A stretch of DNA of 62,158 nucleotides from a virus (Duplodnaviria > Caudoviricetes). The stretch lies in IMG/VR virus record IMGVR_UViG_3300013113_000455, positions 1 through 62,158 of that record; one strand, written 5' to 3'. Position 1 is the first letter of the stretch. Each line of letters begins with the position of its first letter. This document shows positions 45,806 to 59,000 of this stretch, one piece after another. A program made the position numbers and the translations under genes. The notes beneath the pieces are model-generated. The model was not told where the DNA came from. It searched no databases and saw only the letters and a program-made list of their open reading frames with translations.

Positions 45806-48800
45806 ATGGGTTACGAGAAAAGACAGTTTTTATACGGTATGGATTTGGATACCGAAGAGAGGTTAATAGAGCCTGGTTTTTCACGAAAGAATGTTAATGT
45901 ACGAATAGGTTCTTCTACCGATAACGGTGTTTATTCTGCTGAAAATATTCAAGGTAACACATTTATACCAAATACAGAACTACCTTCAGGAACTAATAAG
46001 GTTATAGGCTCATGCTGGGATAAGCTAAGAGACTTAAGTTATTACTTTGTATATAACTCAGAGGGAAATCATGGTATATTCGAGTATAACCATGTAGAGG
46101 GCAAGATAGACAAGGTTATGATTGCAAGTGTCTTAAACTTTCAATCTGAAGAATTAATAACAGGTCATAATGTTATAGAGTTTGATGAAAACAATCACTT
46201 GCTTTACTTTACTGATGGATTTAACCCTCCTCGTAAAATAAACATACAAAAGGCAAAGGCAGGTTCTTATATAGAGCCAATAAAAGAAGAAGTAATAGAC
46301 GCTATTAAGTACCCACCTTTAAAGCCGCCAACTTTTAAGTTTGAATTAGACGAAAATCAGCTTGTTAATCATTTAACAGATAAAATAGTTCAATTCAAAG
46401 CGGCTTATGTTTATGATGATCAAGAAGAAAGTGCTTATTCACCTATATCTATTCAGGCTATTCCTGGTGATAATAATGTTATAGAGGTTACTATACCTAA
46501 AGGAGGAGAACTTGTAAAAAGAGTTATAGTCGCTTTTAGGTTTGGTAATATAGGAGATTTTTTAGAGGCAGAGGATAAAGACGCTTCTGATTATGATACG
46601 GATGCAGACGGGAATTATTTGTATAAATTCAAAAATGAAAAAAACTACAATAGTATTTTTCTACCTAAGTCTAATAAGCTTTTTGATTCTCTTCCTCAGT
46701 TAGCACAAGCACAAGAGTACATAGAGGGCAATAGGATAGCTTATGGAAACATAACGGAGGGTTATGATAATGTAGATGTCAATTTAGATTTAGAAGTCGG
46801 TTATGAACCTGAGTTTTCAACTAGTGAAAACACAATAAAAGGTTTTTTAAGGATTTCAAATGCGAGACAACCTTCGGATAAACCTTACAGCAGGTATCAA
46901 CCTATAACTAGGACTGGAGACTCCTCTACTTATGCTTTTGGAGGTTTCGGAAAAAACGCCACAGTACCTAATACAGGTTTAAGGTCAAGCTATCAGCAGC
47001 AAATTCCTCTAGGTGGTTTTGTTATATATCTAGCAGGAACAGACTATTATTGTGTTTCTACTCAGATTCCAGAGGGAGGCTCAGGTTCAGGTTCGGCTGC
47101 TCCTCTTCAAGATGGAAGAGGTGTGTATCTTGCAACAAGCACAAACCAGAATAATAGAATTAGAAATGCTATAGAAGGACCAAGTGGGGGCGATACTCCT
47201 TACCCAGAATCAAGGGTTTTTTCAACGTGGGAGATGAATAACGTTCCAGATGGAACATATATAATGAGGGTAGCTTCTCATTGGACTACGGAGGCAGATT
47301 TGCAAGACCCAGAAAGGAGTTATCAAAAAACATCTACTTTTTTAAATAGAATAGGTTTTGGTGTCATTGATTTTCCAACAGGAGAAGTTCAACAACCTGT
47401 TAAAGAGTTACAAGTAACTGTTTCTAACGGTCAAATATTAGATAATATAGAGGTTATTATAGCAGATTTGTCCGACACTGTTGTTTTTGCAAATAATCTA
47501 CCTTTTAATAACGCAGGTTATGTTTGTGATTTCGTGCAAGATGATTACACTCAGTTTGTCAACCCTGCTTCTGTGGCGGAAGCTTTGGGACAAAAAAGAA
47601 TAGAGTTGTGCTTAGTGAATTATACTGGTCCTGACGGTTCATTTACTAATATTACTGACCATAACGGGTTCTTTTTTAGTTCGCCAAAAGATTCTACTTC
47701 TATTCAAAAAATAACTTCAGGCGTAGAACAATATTCTTTCAACACTGATGCGTATGATTTGTTAGACACGTCTACAAATCCAACATCTTCGTTTCCTAGT
47801 AATCTAACACCTGGATCTACTAAGTTTTGGGTGTTGCCAAATAAAAATACAGACTTAACTAAAAAATCAAGAACGAAGTTTACGGTTATAGTTAAGGATG
47901 CTTTAGGTATTCCCCAAAGTGATGTTAGTATCGTCAGTAGTCAGGGAGATGTTCAGGAAACAAATACAAATGGAGAAGCGCCATTCATCGCTTACGCTCC
48001 TGGAAACTCAGGTGGTTCCCTTTTTGAAAGAACTCTTAATTTTATTCCTACTTTAAATTATGGTGTTATTGGGAATTACAACCCTGTTCTTTTAACGGAT
48101 ACAGTAACTATAGGGAGTGTTGGTAATCAAAATGATGACACTAAAGACCTTGAAGATATAATCTTAACTATTCAATCAAGTCCAGACGCTTCTAAGTTGA
48201 AAAACGGTGGTGTTTATAATTTTGGTATAGTTTATTATGACAGGGCAAATAGAAGTGGAACTACAAATTTTGGTTATAACTTAGATTTACCTTTTTACGA
48301 TACTCAGATTACAACAGCTCCTGTAGTTAGTTGGGAAATCACAAACGCAGCTCCTAGTTGGGCTACTCATTATCAGATTGTTAGGACTTTAAACACAGAA
48401 TTAAGTAAATACATTCAATGGTTTACTTCAGATGTTTCTTATTCAGAAGGCGGTAATCCTTCAAACTTTAATGACGCTTCAATTATAGAATTTGATATTA
48501 CTAATTTAACTGATGAGTATAAGACATCTAATCCAGATTCTGTTTTAGTTTATGATTTTACCACAGGAGATAGAATGCGTCTTATTAAAGACGCTAATAA
48601 TAATTACTACGAAGATTATATAGATTTAAAGGTTGTTTCTTTTGAGGCTGGTATACTAAAGGTTAAAAACGATGTCCAGGATAAAGATTTATCTAGTGGC
48701 GCTTTTTTTGAGATATACACTCCAAAGCTTGATGTAGAACAAGAAATATATTATGAGATAGGAGAGTGTTACGATGTCTTAAAAGCTGTTGACCCTGTAA

Positions 48801-50335
48801 GTGGTGACACAATTAGTTATCACCAAGGCGGTACTCAGGACCAAGACCCGTTTAACTTGTCGGATGGAGCTAAGGGTGTTTTTATAGGTGGAGACACTTA
48901 CTACAGAACAAGAAATATAACAACTGCTCCTAGTGGTTTTTATAAAACAAATATAGATAGTCAGTTGGTTTCAGATTTCTTCCAATCTAAAGTATCAGAT
49001 ATAGGAAGACCTAATATTGTAGACCAAAACGCACAGAGAGTGAATAGGATAACATCTATTTATTATTCTGATAGATTCATACCAGAAACAAATATAAACG
49101 GCTTAAACAGCTTCTTTGATACCGCATTTGAAACTTATGACAGAAAGTATGGCTCTATCCAAAAGTTATTTTCTCAGGATAAGCGTTTAGACTGTTATCA
49201 GGAAACAAAAACAGGAAAGATATTAGTAGAGGAGAATGTTATTTTTGACCAATTTGACCAAGGAACTGTTGCTTCTTCAGCAAAGGTTTTATCAAAAATC
49301 ATATATTACAGCGGTGACTATGGTACTTTAAATCCAGAAAGCTTTGTAGAAAACGAGGGCAGAAGGTATTGGTTTGATGTTAGAAACGGTAAAGTATTAA
49401 GGTTGTCTAATGATGGTATTACTCCTTTATCTGATAAAAAGATGCACGCTTATTTTGAGAGCAAGAGTAATTTCTACTCGGCTTTTAATTTAATGCCTGA
49501 AGTTTGGGGTGTTTATGATGAAAACTTTGATGAGTATATAATCGCTTTTGGAAGTGTAAGCAGAGAAGAAGGGTTTACTCCTGATGAACTAGCTTTAGTT
49601 TCCTCACAAGCAGATCAGATTACAGAAACTAGGGATGGTCTCACATTTACCTTTGACATCTTATATACAGCTAACGAACAGGGAGTACCCACAGAGTTTG
49701 AGGTTGTAAGGGATTTATCTAACGGAACTTTTATTATAAACAGTGTTGCAGGAGATATATCTCTAGACAGACAAAAGCTTTTAACAATACCTGCTGAAAC
49801 GTTGGCTTTTTCTGAAAAGACAGGTCATTGGACTTCTTTCTACTCTTACGCTCCTGAGTGTATGGTTAGGATAGGTATTGATTTCTTAAGCTTTAGAAAT
49901 GGTCAAGCATATTTACACAACACCTCTGGAGCGAAAAGAAATAGCTTTTACGGAGAAGAAAGAGGTAGCGAGGTTTGGGCGGTGTTTAATCAAAACCCAA
50001 GTAATGTAAAAGTATTCCAAGCGTTAAGCGAGGAGTCTGATTCTGTGTGGCAAGTTAGGGATATATTTACTCAAGGAGGTCAGAGAAGTAATTTAATCAA
50101 AGACGATTTCTCTGTAGCTTATGGCCAAGGTCACACACTTTATAGTAAAGAAAACATCCATTACGCACCTCTATGGAAAGACGAGAACACACCTAATGTA
50201 GAAAACCCATTAATAGAAGGAGACTCTATGAGAGATGTGAGCATATTGCTTAAGTTAATTAACGATTCAACTAAAGAGGAAAGGTTGTTTGCTGTTAGCA
50301 TGAACTACTCACTTTCGGAGCGAAGTAATAGATAA
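45806..50335 (+). CDS. tail muzzle/stabilisation protein (tubular protein B-like)
   Basis: 1509 aa; GMD.D..ERLI, LYFTD..NPPRKIN, GNR..YGN..EGY, INGLN.F, YGSIQKL, W.SF..Y.PE. Confidence 0.75.
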   Translation: MGYEKRQFLYGMDLDTEERLIEPGFSRKNVNVRIGSSTDNGVYSAENIQGNTFIPNTELPSGTNKVIGSCWDKLRDLSYYFVYNSEGNHGIFEYNHVEGKIDKVMIASVLNFQSEELITGHNVIEFDENNHLLYFTDGFNPPRKINIQKAKAGSYIEPIKEEVIDAIKYPPLKPPTFKFELDENQLVNHLTDKIVQFKAAYVYDDQEESAYSPISIQAIPGDNNVIEVTIPKGGELVKRVIVAFRFGNIGDFLEAEDKDASDYDTDADGNYLYKFKNEKNYNSIFLPKSNKLFDSLPQLAQAQEYIEGNRIAYGNITEGYDNVDVNLDLEVGYEPEFSTSENTIKGFLRISNARQPSDKPYSRYQPITRTGDSSTYAFGGFGKNATVPNTGLRSSYQQQIPLGGFVIYLAGTDYYCVSTQIPEGGSGSGSAAPLQDGRGVYLATSTNQNNRIRNAIEGPSGGDTPYPESRVFSTWEMNNVPDGTYIMRVASHWTTEADLQDPERSYQKTSTFLNRIGFGVIDFPTGEVQQPVKELQVTVSNGQILDNIEVIIADLSDTVVFANNLPFNNAGYVCDFVQDDYTQFVNPASVAEALGQKRIELCLVNYTGPDGSFTNITDHNGFFFSSPKDSTSIQKITSGVEQYSFNTDAYDLLDTSTNPTSSFPSNLTPGSTKFWVLPNKNTDLTKKSRTKFTVIVKDALGIPQSDVSIVSSQGDVQETNTNGEAPFIAYAPGNSGGSLFERTLNFIPTLNYGVIGNYNPVLLTDTVTIGSVGNQNDDTKDLEDIILTIQSSPDASKLKNGGVYNFGIVYYDRANRSGTTNFGYNLDLPFYDTQITTAPVVSWEITNAAPSWATHYQIVRTLNTELSKYIQWFTSDVSYSEGGNPSNFNDASIIEFDITNLTDEYKTSNPDSVLVYDFTTGDRMRLIKDANNNYYEDYIDLKVVSFEAGILKVKNDVQDKDLSSGAFFEIYTPKLDVEQEIYYEIGECYDVLKAVDPVSGDTISYHQGGTQDQDPFNLSDGAKGVFIGGDTYYRTRNITTAPSGFYKTNIDSQLVSDFFQSKVSDIGRPNIVDQNAQRVNRITSIYYSDRFIPETNINGLNSFFDTAFETYDRKYGSIQKLFSQDKRLDCYQETKTGKILVEENVIFDQFDQGTVASSAKVLSKIIYYSGDYGTLNPESFVENEGRRYWFDVRNGKVLRLSNDGITPLSDKKMHAYFESKSNFYSAFNLMPEVWGVYDENFDEYIIAFGSVSREEGFTPDELALVSSQADQITETRDGLTFTFDILYTANEQGVPTEFEVVRDLSNGTFIINSVAGDISLDRQKLLTIPAETLAFSEKTGHWTSFYSYAPECMVRIGIDFLSFRNGQAYLHNTSGAKRNSFYGEERGSEVWAVFNQNPSNVKVFQALSEESDSVWQVRDIFTQGGQRSNLIKDDFSVAYGQGHTLYSKENIHYAPLWKDENTPNVENPLIEGDSMRDVSILLKLINDSTKEERLFAVSMNYSLSERSNR

Positions 50336-50369
50336 TATATATTTCATAAATTAGTAAAAAGAAAAAGAT

Positions 50370-51134
50370 ATGGCACTACCACTAGCACTAACATTAGCAC
50401 CAGCAGTAATCCAAACAGGAACAGGTATCTACCAAGCTGTAAGAGGTAATCAGTTGAGAAACTCTATGGATATGCCAACTTATGAAATCCCTCAAGAGAT
50501 TTTAGACAGTTTAACAGATGCTCAAATACAAGCTTTAAGAGGTATGCCTGCTGAACAAAAGCAACAGTATTTAAACAATATAATGAAAGCGCAACAAGCT
50601 TCTTTAGATGCTATGGGTGACAGAAAAGCAGGATTAGCAGGACTGCCTGGAGTTCAGCAAACGGCTTTGGAAGCTTATAGAGATATGCTTTCAATGGATG
50701 CTCAACAAAAACAGGCGAATGAGAAGGCTTTACAGAACACTAGAGGTGTTGTTGCAGGTTTTAAGGATAAAGAATTTGAGTACAACGAGGCTTTACCTTA
50801 TCAACAAACCATGACAGCGGCAGAAGGAATGACAGGAGCAGGAATGCAAAATATTATGACTGGTATTCAGGCAGGTTCTCAAATGGGATTAGATGCTATC
50901 CAATTTAATCAGTATATGAATGCTTTAGGTGGTTCGGGTAATACAACAACAACTACTACCCCACCAACAAGTGCTGTTCCATCCCAACCAGCCCCCCCTG
51001 CTCTAACAGCTTTTCAAAGAAATTACGGGAATAATATTTATAATGCAGGCTTAGGAGATGTATTTGCTCAAAGCTATCCTAATAGTGCTAATAGTGCATC
51101 AAAAACAATATACATGAGTCCTAATTTTAAATAA
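50370..51134 (+). CDS. internal virion/ejection protein 1
   Basis: Hydrophobic N-terminus, Q/A/G-rich helical; follows the muzzle gene. Confidence 0.55.
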   Translation: MALPLALTLAPAVIQTGTGIYQAVRGNQLRNSMDMPTYEIPQEILDSLTDAQIQALRGMPAEQKQQYLNNIMKAQQASLDAMGDRKAGLAGLPGVQQTALEAYRDMLSMDAQQKQANEKALQNTRGVVAGFKDKEFEYNEALPYQQTMTAAEGMTGAGMQNIMTGIQAGSQMGLDAIQFNQYMNALGGSGNTTTTTTPPTSAVPSQPAPPALTAFQRNYGNNIYNAGLGDVFAQSYPNSANSASKTIYMSPNFK

Positions 51135-51135
51135 A

Positions 51136-51336
51136 ATGATTTCAGATAACTTAGGAATATATAATTCGTATAGAAGGGCAAAAGCTATGGATGAGGTAAG
51201 GTCTACACCTTTTTCTTCTCCGCAGGCTGAAAGTTCACCAGAGATGGGAGGTGATGATAAAACTAAAAAATTTACTCCAGAGGATCATAAAAGATACAAC
51301 GAGTTAAGAAGGCGTATGTCTATAAAAAGAAGGTAA
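51136..51336 (+). CDS. hypothetical protein
   Basis: ORF in operon. Confidence 0.45.
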   Translation: MISDNLGIYNSYRRAKAMDEVRSTPFSSPQAESSPEMGGDDKTKKFTPEDHKRYNELRRRMSIKRR

Positions 51337-51341
51337 CTATA

Positions 51342-53024
51342 ATGGCAAAGAAAAACAACCCTACAGGTTTATCTACAGGACAAGGAAAAGGTGCAGCTCA
51401 GGTTTTTGGGAGTACTTATAATCCTTATTTTAAGGAGAGGTTAGCTGAGGCAAAAAAGAAAGACGAAGAGGTTACTGACGCTATGGCTAAGGCTTCTGAT
51501 ATGAGTCAGTTATGGTCTAGGGATGTTGGTGCTTTTAAGCCAATGGTTAATGATTTACAGCAGTTTTATAGAGACAATGCTAGAGCAATAATTAAAGGAG
51601 ATTTTGATGCCACACTTAAGCTCAAGCAAATGCAGAATGATATGGCTCAATACGTCGTCTCTTCAAAAGATGCTCAAAAGTATGCTAACGAGATGTTGAA
51701 GTTGGTAAACAAGCCAGGTTCTAATTATACAGACGAGTCTAGACAGAAGGTTTTTGATTTTGTTAGTCAAGCCCAAGCTGGAAATTTTGATACTTCAGGG
51801 TTGATATTAAATGAAAAATATGATGCTTCAGATGCCTTGAAAGCTATATCGGACGAAGCTTATAAAATAGGTTATACAGCTCAAAAACCTTTTTATAATG
51901 ACCAAGGTATATTGGTAAATAGATTAGTTCAATCTAAAGAGGCAGTAGAAGAAATAGTTAAAAAAAGGAGAGATAACGACATTAAGCTTTATGGTGAAGA
52001 GGCTAAAAAGTTTTGGACAGATGAACAGACGCAAAAAACAATAGAGCAAACAGAAGCTTTATTAGGAGAAAAACAAGTAGCGTCAAGTAAACCAAGAGAT
52101 TATACTAAACCATTAATAACACAAGGCAAACAAGACTTAGTAGACGAAGCTACAAGAAGAAGAAAAATGGTAGCAACTTTCCTATTTGGAACTCCTGATG
52201 AAATAAAATCAGAGGCTGGGTCTGTAATGAATACTATAAATAAAAACGCACAACAAGGTAAGACAACCATAACTTCTGTAGATATTTTGGAGCCTGGTGA
52301 AGGAGGAGCAGTAAATAAAACGATACAATTTACTCTTAGTAATGGACTAAAAAAGAGTTTTGACACAACAGATGATTCATTTGAGTTTAACCTTAATAGG
52401 TATATAAGTGGTATGTCAGGTATGACGAGCCTTACTGATGCTCAATACTTAGAAGGAGAAGAGGCTTATTCGGAGGAAGATGGTAAAATAACTTATACGC
52501 CTGAAGGTGGTTCTGAAAAACTGGTTGATAAGCCAACAAGATTTGGTAATCAGTCAAATAAAGACGCTATTTCTACTTTAGGCTTTATTCAAAAATCTCT
52601 TGACGGTAAAGCGACTGGAGACTTCTTTGAGGATTTTGCAGAAAAAATTTCAAAGGATAGTAAGTTATATAATAGTTTCTATGATTCAGTTATATCACCA
52701 TTAAAAAGCAACATTCCTAGTCGGTCTAACTTTAAAAAAGATAATGCAGCAGCTTCTTTTGGTAAAGCTTATACAGCTTTATTTAAGGGTCAACCACTTG
52801 GAAATAGTGAAATATCTGAAGTAGATATTGAGATACCTAGTAGTGGTTCAGATAGGATGATAATAACGTTAAAAGACGGCACTACTAGAACTATAGAAAC
52901 AGACTCTGATGACTTTAAGAAAATAATAGACGGCACTTATTTTAACGAACAAGGTACTCAAAATAAAAAGCCTGTTACAGCTAAATCAGCGAAGAATAAA
53001 TATTTTGATAAAACAGAAGACTAA
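51342..53024 (+). CDS. internal virion/ejection protein 2
   Basis: Helical, G.G.AQVF N-terminus, position. Confidence 0.5.
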   Translation: MAKKNNPTGLSTGQGKGAAQVFGSTYNPYFKERLAEAKKKDEEVTDAMAKASDMSQLWSRDVGAFKPMVNDLQQFYRDNARAIIKGDFDATLKLKQMQNDMAQYVVSSKDAQKYANEMLKLVNKPGSNYTDESRQKVFDFVSQAQAGNFDTSGLILNEKYDASDALKAISDEAYKIGYTAQKPFYNDQGILVNRLVQSKEAVEEIVKKRRDNDIKLYGEEAKKFWTDEQTQKTIEQTEALLGEKQVASSKPRDYTKPLITQGKQDLVDEATRRRKMVATFLFGTPDEIKSEAGSVMNTINKNAQQGKTTITSVDILEPGEGGAVNKTIQFTLSNGLKKSFDTTDDSFEFNLNRYISGMSGMTSLTDAQYLEGEEAYSEEDGKITYTPEGGSEKLVDKPTRFGNQSNKDAISTLGFIQKSLDGKATGDFFEDFAEKISKDSKLYNSFYDSVISPLKSNIPSRSNFKKDNAAASFGKAYTALFKGQPLGNSEISEVDIEIPSSGSDRMIITLKDGTTRTIETDSDDFKKIIDGTYFNEQGTQNKKPVTAKSAKNKYFDKTED

Positions 53025-56000
53025 ATGAACGAAGAATATATTAACGATATGTTTGCTCTAACAGGATTAGAGAAAGAAGGTGTTACTTTAGATGATTTTA
53101 AAGCAAAAGCTTTAGAAGGAGACTCTGCTTTTTTATCAGATATGTTTTCTTTAACAGGTTTAGAGCAAGAGGGAGTTACTTTTGATCAGTTTTCTACTGG
53201 TTTTCAAGATAGTAAAAAAAAAGTCCAAGAAGAGCCTCAAGAAGAAGTTCAGGAAGAACCTCAAGAGGTGGTTCAAGAAGATACGGAATCTGTATCGGAA
53301 GATGGTTCTTTGGAATCTCAAGATTGGAGGGGTGAGCAAGAGAAGTCAGTAACTCCTGTTGTAACTTCTGACGAAGAAACTTTTAAATCTTTAGAAGACC
53401 AAGGAAGATTATCAGAATCACCAAAAAAGACAACATTAGAAGACCTTGGGACACCTTTAACTGAAGATGAAAAGATAGAGGCTTACGAGAGTTATATTGC
53501 TCCAAAAATAGAAAAGGCAGAAGATGCGGTTTCTATTTTTTTAGAAAAAAACAAAATAAACTCCTTAGATGTTTTGCCTAATCAGCTTTCTGAATCAGTT
53601 AGAGAATTAAGCCCTGGTGCTTATACTTCGCATATAGAACAATCTTTATACTCTGCTAGAAACGAAGAAATAACAAACATTTCAAAATCTTATTTAGAAA
53701 ACAGAAAAAACGCTATTCAATCAGAAGAAGTTTCGGCTGGAAAAACAGAAGAGGAAGCTAAGAAAATAGCAGATTTAGAGATACAAGATGAAACTGGTAG
53801 AATTGGTATTTCTAGTCTAGGGTATGATGAAGACGAAATAAACCAATACAAAGGTGCGATAAAAAATAGGTCAAATGCTTTATTAAAAATAAGCAAGATA
53901 AAAAGAGACCCTAGTAAAAAAGCAGAGTTAGAAAAGTTACAGGAAATAGTTAAAGATTCTGATAAAAAAATATCTGAATTAAGGGAAAACTCAGACAAGG
54001 CTTTTATAGATGAAAACGGTGATTTAAACAAAGACCTTAAGGAGGATGTAGAACAAAGAGAAATAGGTTTTGAAAAAGAGTATAAATCAGATTACGTTAA
54101 GCTCCATGATAGACTTGCTTTAGAGATAGCCAAGAGAGATGCTATCACTCAAAGGCTTGCTGATGCAGAATTTGATTCAAACCCTGATTTTCACCATATT
54201 AAAGACATAAAAGAACAGTATAAAAGAGATGCTGAATATGCCATTTCTAGTTATTTAGGTGGTTGGAGTAAGTTCATGCCTGACACAGACCCTAGAGATT
54301 ATATAAGTAAAGAAAACTGGGGTAAGATGATGTCTTATAGGGAAATATATGACGATGCTGACAGAAACATCACAGCACTATCAAGGTTATTATTACTCAA
54401 TGAAGACCCTGCTGCTGTAGAAAGAGGTTGGGGTACTTTTTTTAACGCAGAGGATAGTGAGTTTTATATCCCAGGTTTAGACAAGTTCGGTGAGGTTGCT
54501 ACTTCTTTTGGTGAAACTTTCTTTGAAGAAATAACAGGAGTGGACTACAGCTCTGATTCTGATTTTAGGCAAAACGCTGTTAGAGTCCTTCAAGAAGAAG
54601 GAATGAAACTGACCGAAGAGCAAATAGAGGCAGGAGAAAAAAACTTTAAAGAAAAGTTAGGAGAGACTTTAGCGATTTCAGGGACGATAGGTTTAGAGAT
54701 TGCGGCAACTAGAGGTATGTTAGGTGGTGCTAGTAAGCTTTTAAATATGCCTAAATATTTGTCTAAAATTAGATATTTAAGAAAAAGCCCTAAGCTTGTT
54801 AATTTTTTAGACAACACAACACAAATAGTAACAGAAGGTTTAGCTTTTGAACTTGCTGATGGTAGAACAGATTTCTTCATGGGTGCGGCAGAGTCTACTT
54901 CAGCAAAAGGTTTTGATGCTTTAATAAGTAAGATTTCCAAGTCTAAGTATGGTAAGTTCCTAAAGTACTTAGATAATTACGCAGGTAGATTTGCAAAAGA
55001 GGTTACATCAAGAACGGTTGGTGGTGTTACAGAGGAGTATTTTGGTGATTTTGTTTCTGAAGGTGTTAAGAATGGGTTCTTCACAGAGGAGCAATTTAAA
55101 AATGTTTTTGGAGAGGGAGCAGAAGGTGTAGAGAAGTTTTTACTTACTCTAGGGTCTGTTGGGTTTATGACCTTCCCTACAGGATTTATAGAAGCTGCTA
55201 AGAAGAGAGCTGAAGGAGACCCTACGGGTTCTTTAGCACAAGCTATAGAGGCTTATGAGGCAGCTCAGAACCCAGAGGTTACTACTGAAAAAGTTAAAAA
55301 ATCAATAGATGAGCTTGTTAAAATTCAAAAAGGAGAAGATGTTGATTTAGAAGGTTTAACAGAGGAGGAAAAGTTAGAAATTGTTGGTTTAGATGTTTTA
55401 GATGAGGGACAAAGAGCAGTAGACGCTAAAGAGAAAGATGCTGAGATTGAGAAGATAGCAGGAGAAAAAGTGGAGTCAGAACCTCAAAGACTAGATGATA
55501 TGTCTGAAGAGGAGCTAGAGGTATACGCTAAGGAAAATGATATAGATGTATCAGAGTTAAAGAAAAAAGTAGAAGAGACGGAAACCACCGAAGTTGAACC
55601 TGGCGATATTGCCGCCAAGTCTGAAGAGGTTGTTGAAAGCGCAGAAGAAGTTACAACTGAAGAAACTACAACAGATGCAATTACTGAAGAAGATACTGAA
55701 TCAAAAAAACAATTAGAAACAAAGAAAAATCAACTAAAGGCAAAAGAAAAATTAGTCAAAAAAGAAGCGAGTCTAAAGGAGGCTGTAGACCCTGTTGGGA
55801 GTATGTTTACTGTGGGTGCGATAACAGGTGAAAGATCTAAAAGTCGTGCTGGAGAGCCTGTTACATTAGATACAGATGGTATTTCTAATTACGCAGATGG
55901 AGGTAGAAATGTTGTTGTTGATATAAAAATACCTGGAAAAGAAGAAGATATAGGTGTTAACAGAGCGCAAATAGTAAGAGGAGAATCTGGAACATATTAT

Positions 56001-59000
56001 ATGAAAGCTGTTTTTAGCAGTTTTACAGGTGAGGGTCTTGGTAGGTCAGAAGCTTTTTCTATTGTCACAGAAATAGGTAAAGATGTAGAAGGTCTACCTT
56101 TAGGAAAGCTTGCAGCAGATTATTACAATAATATGCGGAGGGTTCTTAATAGTAAGAATGTTAGAAAAAAAGAATTAACAGGTAGAGAAGCTTATAGTTA
56201 TGATGACTTTCAAAAGATAGCTCCGCAAGTGGGTGTTGCAATTAAGAAACAATGGGATATTGATATTAAAAAACATTTGTCTAATGAAAGAAAATCAATA
56301 AGTGATATTCAAAAAGAAATAAAATCTATTGAAGAAAGTGCAAAAAAAACAGAGGCTAGTAAAAGCGGTAAGAAAAAAGAATTAAAGGCGAAAGAGGCTA
56401 AAGGTGACACATTTACTCAAGAAGAATTAGACCAAGAGATAACCAAAGACAACTTACAATCAACAATAGATAAAATAGACTCTTTACAGAAAAAGATAAG
56501 AAGTACTACAAAATCTGATCTAGGTTTTTCTGCTGCTTTGGATGCTATTCTTACTCTTACAAAAGCAGGTTTAAAAACAGCTAAAACTTTTAGAGATGCT
56601 TATAATAGTGCTGTCGCTAAATTTAAAAACCAAGATGGTTATAAAAAACTAACTGATGAGCAAAAAAACAAATTAGATTCTTTTTCAGAAAAAGAATTTA
56701 CAGACGCTTTAAAAGAAGAGTCAGAGAAAGCAGTTGAGCGAGGTGGCACATTTAATAAAGCAAAAGAAGCATATAAGAAGGCTAGGAAATCAGGCTTAGA
56801 TATAAAAGAGTCAATTTCAGAATCTTTTAAAACAGTAGAAAGAGCAGACTGGTATAAGTCTTTAAGCAAAGAAGACCAACAAGAAATAAAAGCAGACTAT
56901 GTAAATAGGCTTGTTCCAAACTTTGAATCAAAAGGTAAAGCTCCTAAAAAGAACAGAAAAGGAATGCTTAAGGCTGATGAGTCTAAAAAGATTATAACCA
57001 CCGAAAAGCAACAGTTAAAAAAGAGATTAATAGAGCAGAGAAAAGGTGCTAACAACTTAAGGAAATCACAACAAAAAATGATTGATGATTTATTTAAGTC
57101 TATAGAAACCAATTCAAAAAGCTTAACAAAAGCACAGCTAAAAGCAGCCTTAAAAAGAGCAGCAAAAGCAGACCCTGCTAAGATTAATGATTTCTTAGAA
57201 TTAAGAGATAGCATAATCAAACAGCTAAAAAAAGGAGAGCTAAAAGAAAAGAAAGCTGAGGCAAAAAGAATACAGTCAAGATTAAAAAGAAAAGCTAAAA
57301 AAACTACAGGTTTTAGAAAGTCTTTAGCATTGGATTTGTCCAGGTTAAACATAAACAGAGTAGATGACATAGAAGCTTTCATAGATGCTGCTAATGGACT
57401 TATTGAGTCATTAGATGGTAAGGCTAGTATGAAAGATGTTAAAGCTCAAACACAAGACATAATAGCTAAAGCATTAGATGCAGAAACTAAGTTTAGAGAA
57501 AAAAAACAAGAACTTATTGAAGAAGCTTTAAAAGAAGAGTATGATGCGGCAAACCTTAGTATATCTTTTGATGAGTATAAAAAATTAAAAGAAGAGCAAT
57601 CTAAACAGGATGCCAAAGATAAAAAGTTAGAAGCAGCAGCCGAAGCTAGAGAGGATATGGTTAATTGGCTTAACTCTAGAATAGATAAGTTAAAAACTGA
57701 TTTTAATGACCTAACAGACGGAATGACTGAGAGGCAAAAGGCAATCGTAAAAGATTTAATTAATGCTAAAAATCTTCTTAATAAAAAAGACGGTAAGGGA
57801 GAATACTTGTTATTGGATAGTGAGTCTTTAATGGATTTGCATTCTGCAATAGATGAGGTTTTCACTTTTAATTCAACGGCAGGTGTTAATAAGATTGCAA
57901 CAGCTTTAAAGTCAATTAAAAAAGCAGAAATATTTAGGATTAAGCTAAACAATATGCTTGATGCTGGATTATTTAATAGTGAGTTCTTTTCTAAGAAAGT
58001 TGGAAACTTATCAGCTTACACTAAAGCAGCTACAATATCAGAAAGAGCTGCTAAAGATTTTGCATCTATTCTTTTTGGAGATTACAACAAGGGCTGGAAT
58101 AAATCTCAACAAGAAACAGAAGCATTTCTAAAAAGAAGAGCAGAAAAAAGAGATGAGCTAAAGATAAAAGAAAGACAGTCTAATAAAATTGGCGTTATAT
58201 CTTGGTTAACACAAGAAGATGAAGGATTGACTGTAGAGGAGTCTAACAAAAACTTAAAAGAAAAAATTGAATCTTTAAAGAATCAGATAAAAAAATTAAA
58301 AGAAGTTGGTAAGACAGAGGGGAAAAAGTCTTTATCAGAAAGATTTGGTATAAAAACAGCAGAAACAAGAAAGGCTGAATTATTAGAAAAAATAGTAAAA
58401 GACTTAAATTTAGAAAGCATAGAAACTAAGGTAGACCCTGTAACAGGAGAAAGTAATTTAGAAAATCTTTTAACACCTAACGAAAAGGAGTTTTTAAACT
58501 TCTTAAAAGACGAATTTGAGCAGTTGAAAGAGCCTTTAGCAGAATCTTATCTAAATGCTAAAGGAGAAGAAATTACTTTTGTAAAAAACTATCTACCTAC
58601 TTTTGCTAAAAACTTAGGTGCAAAGTCTGATGTAGATCTTGATAATGATTTTTCATCTACAGGTATGTCGGCAGACCCTTCTGGAAGGACTATTCAAAGA
58701 ACAAAAGTAGATACAACAGGAAATACTTCTTATAATTTTGATGTGTTAGGAACTACAGAGGCTGGTTATGGTCAAATATCAAATGACATTAATTCGCTTT
58801 TTGAAAAACAAGTTTTAATTAATGTTGTTAAATCTAAGCCTGTAAAAAAATTATATATAAGAGAAGGTCAAAATCTAGCTAAACAGTATGGGTTTTTACA
58901 AGAAAGAGTTAAAACATTAATAAATAAAAGGAGTTACACTTATGTAAGGGATATGGCTCTTTTAAATCAGATTAAAAAATTTGGTGAAAATATGATTAGA

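Noticed and set aside
53222-53280. Short tandem DNA repeat (EEPQEEVQ codons)
   Set aside because: Low-complexity acidic linker inside the giant protein; no independent function evident.
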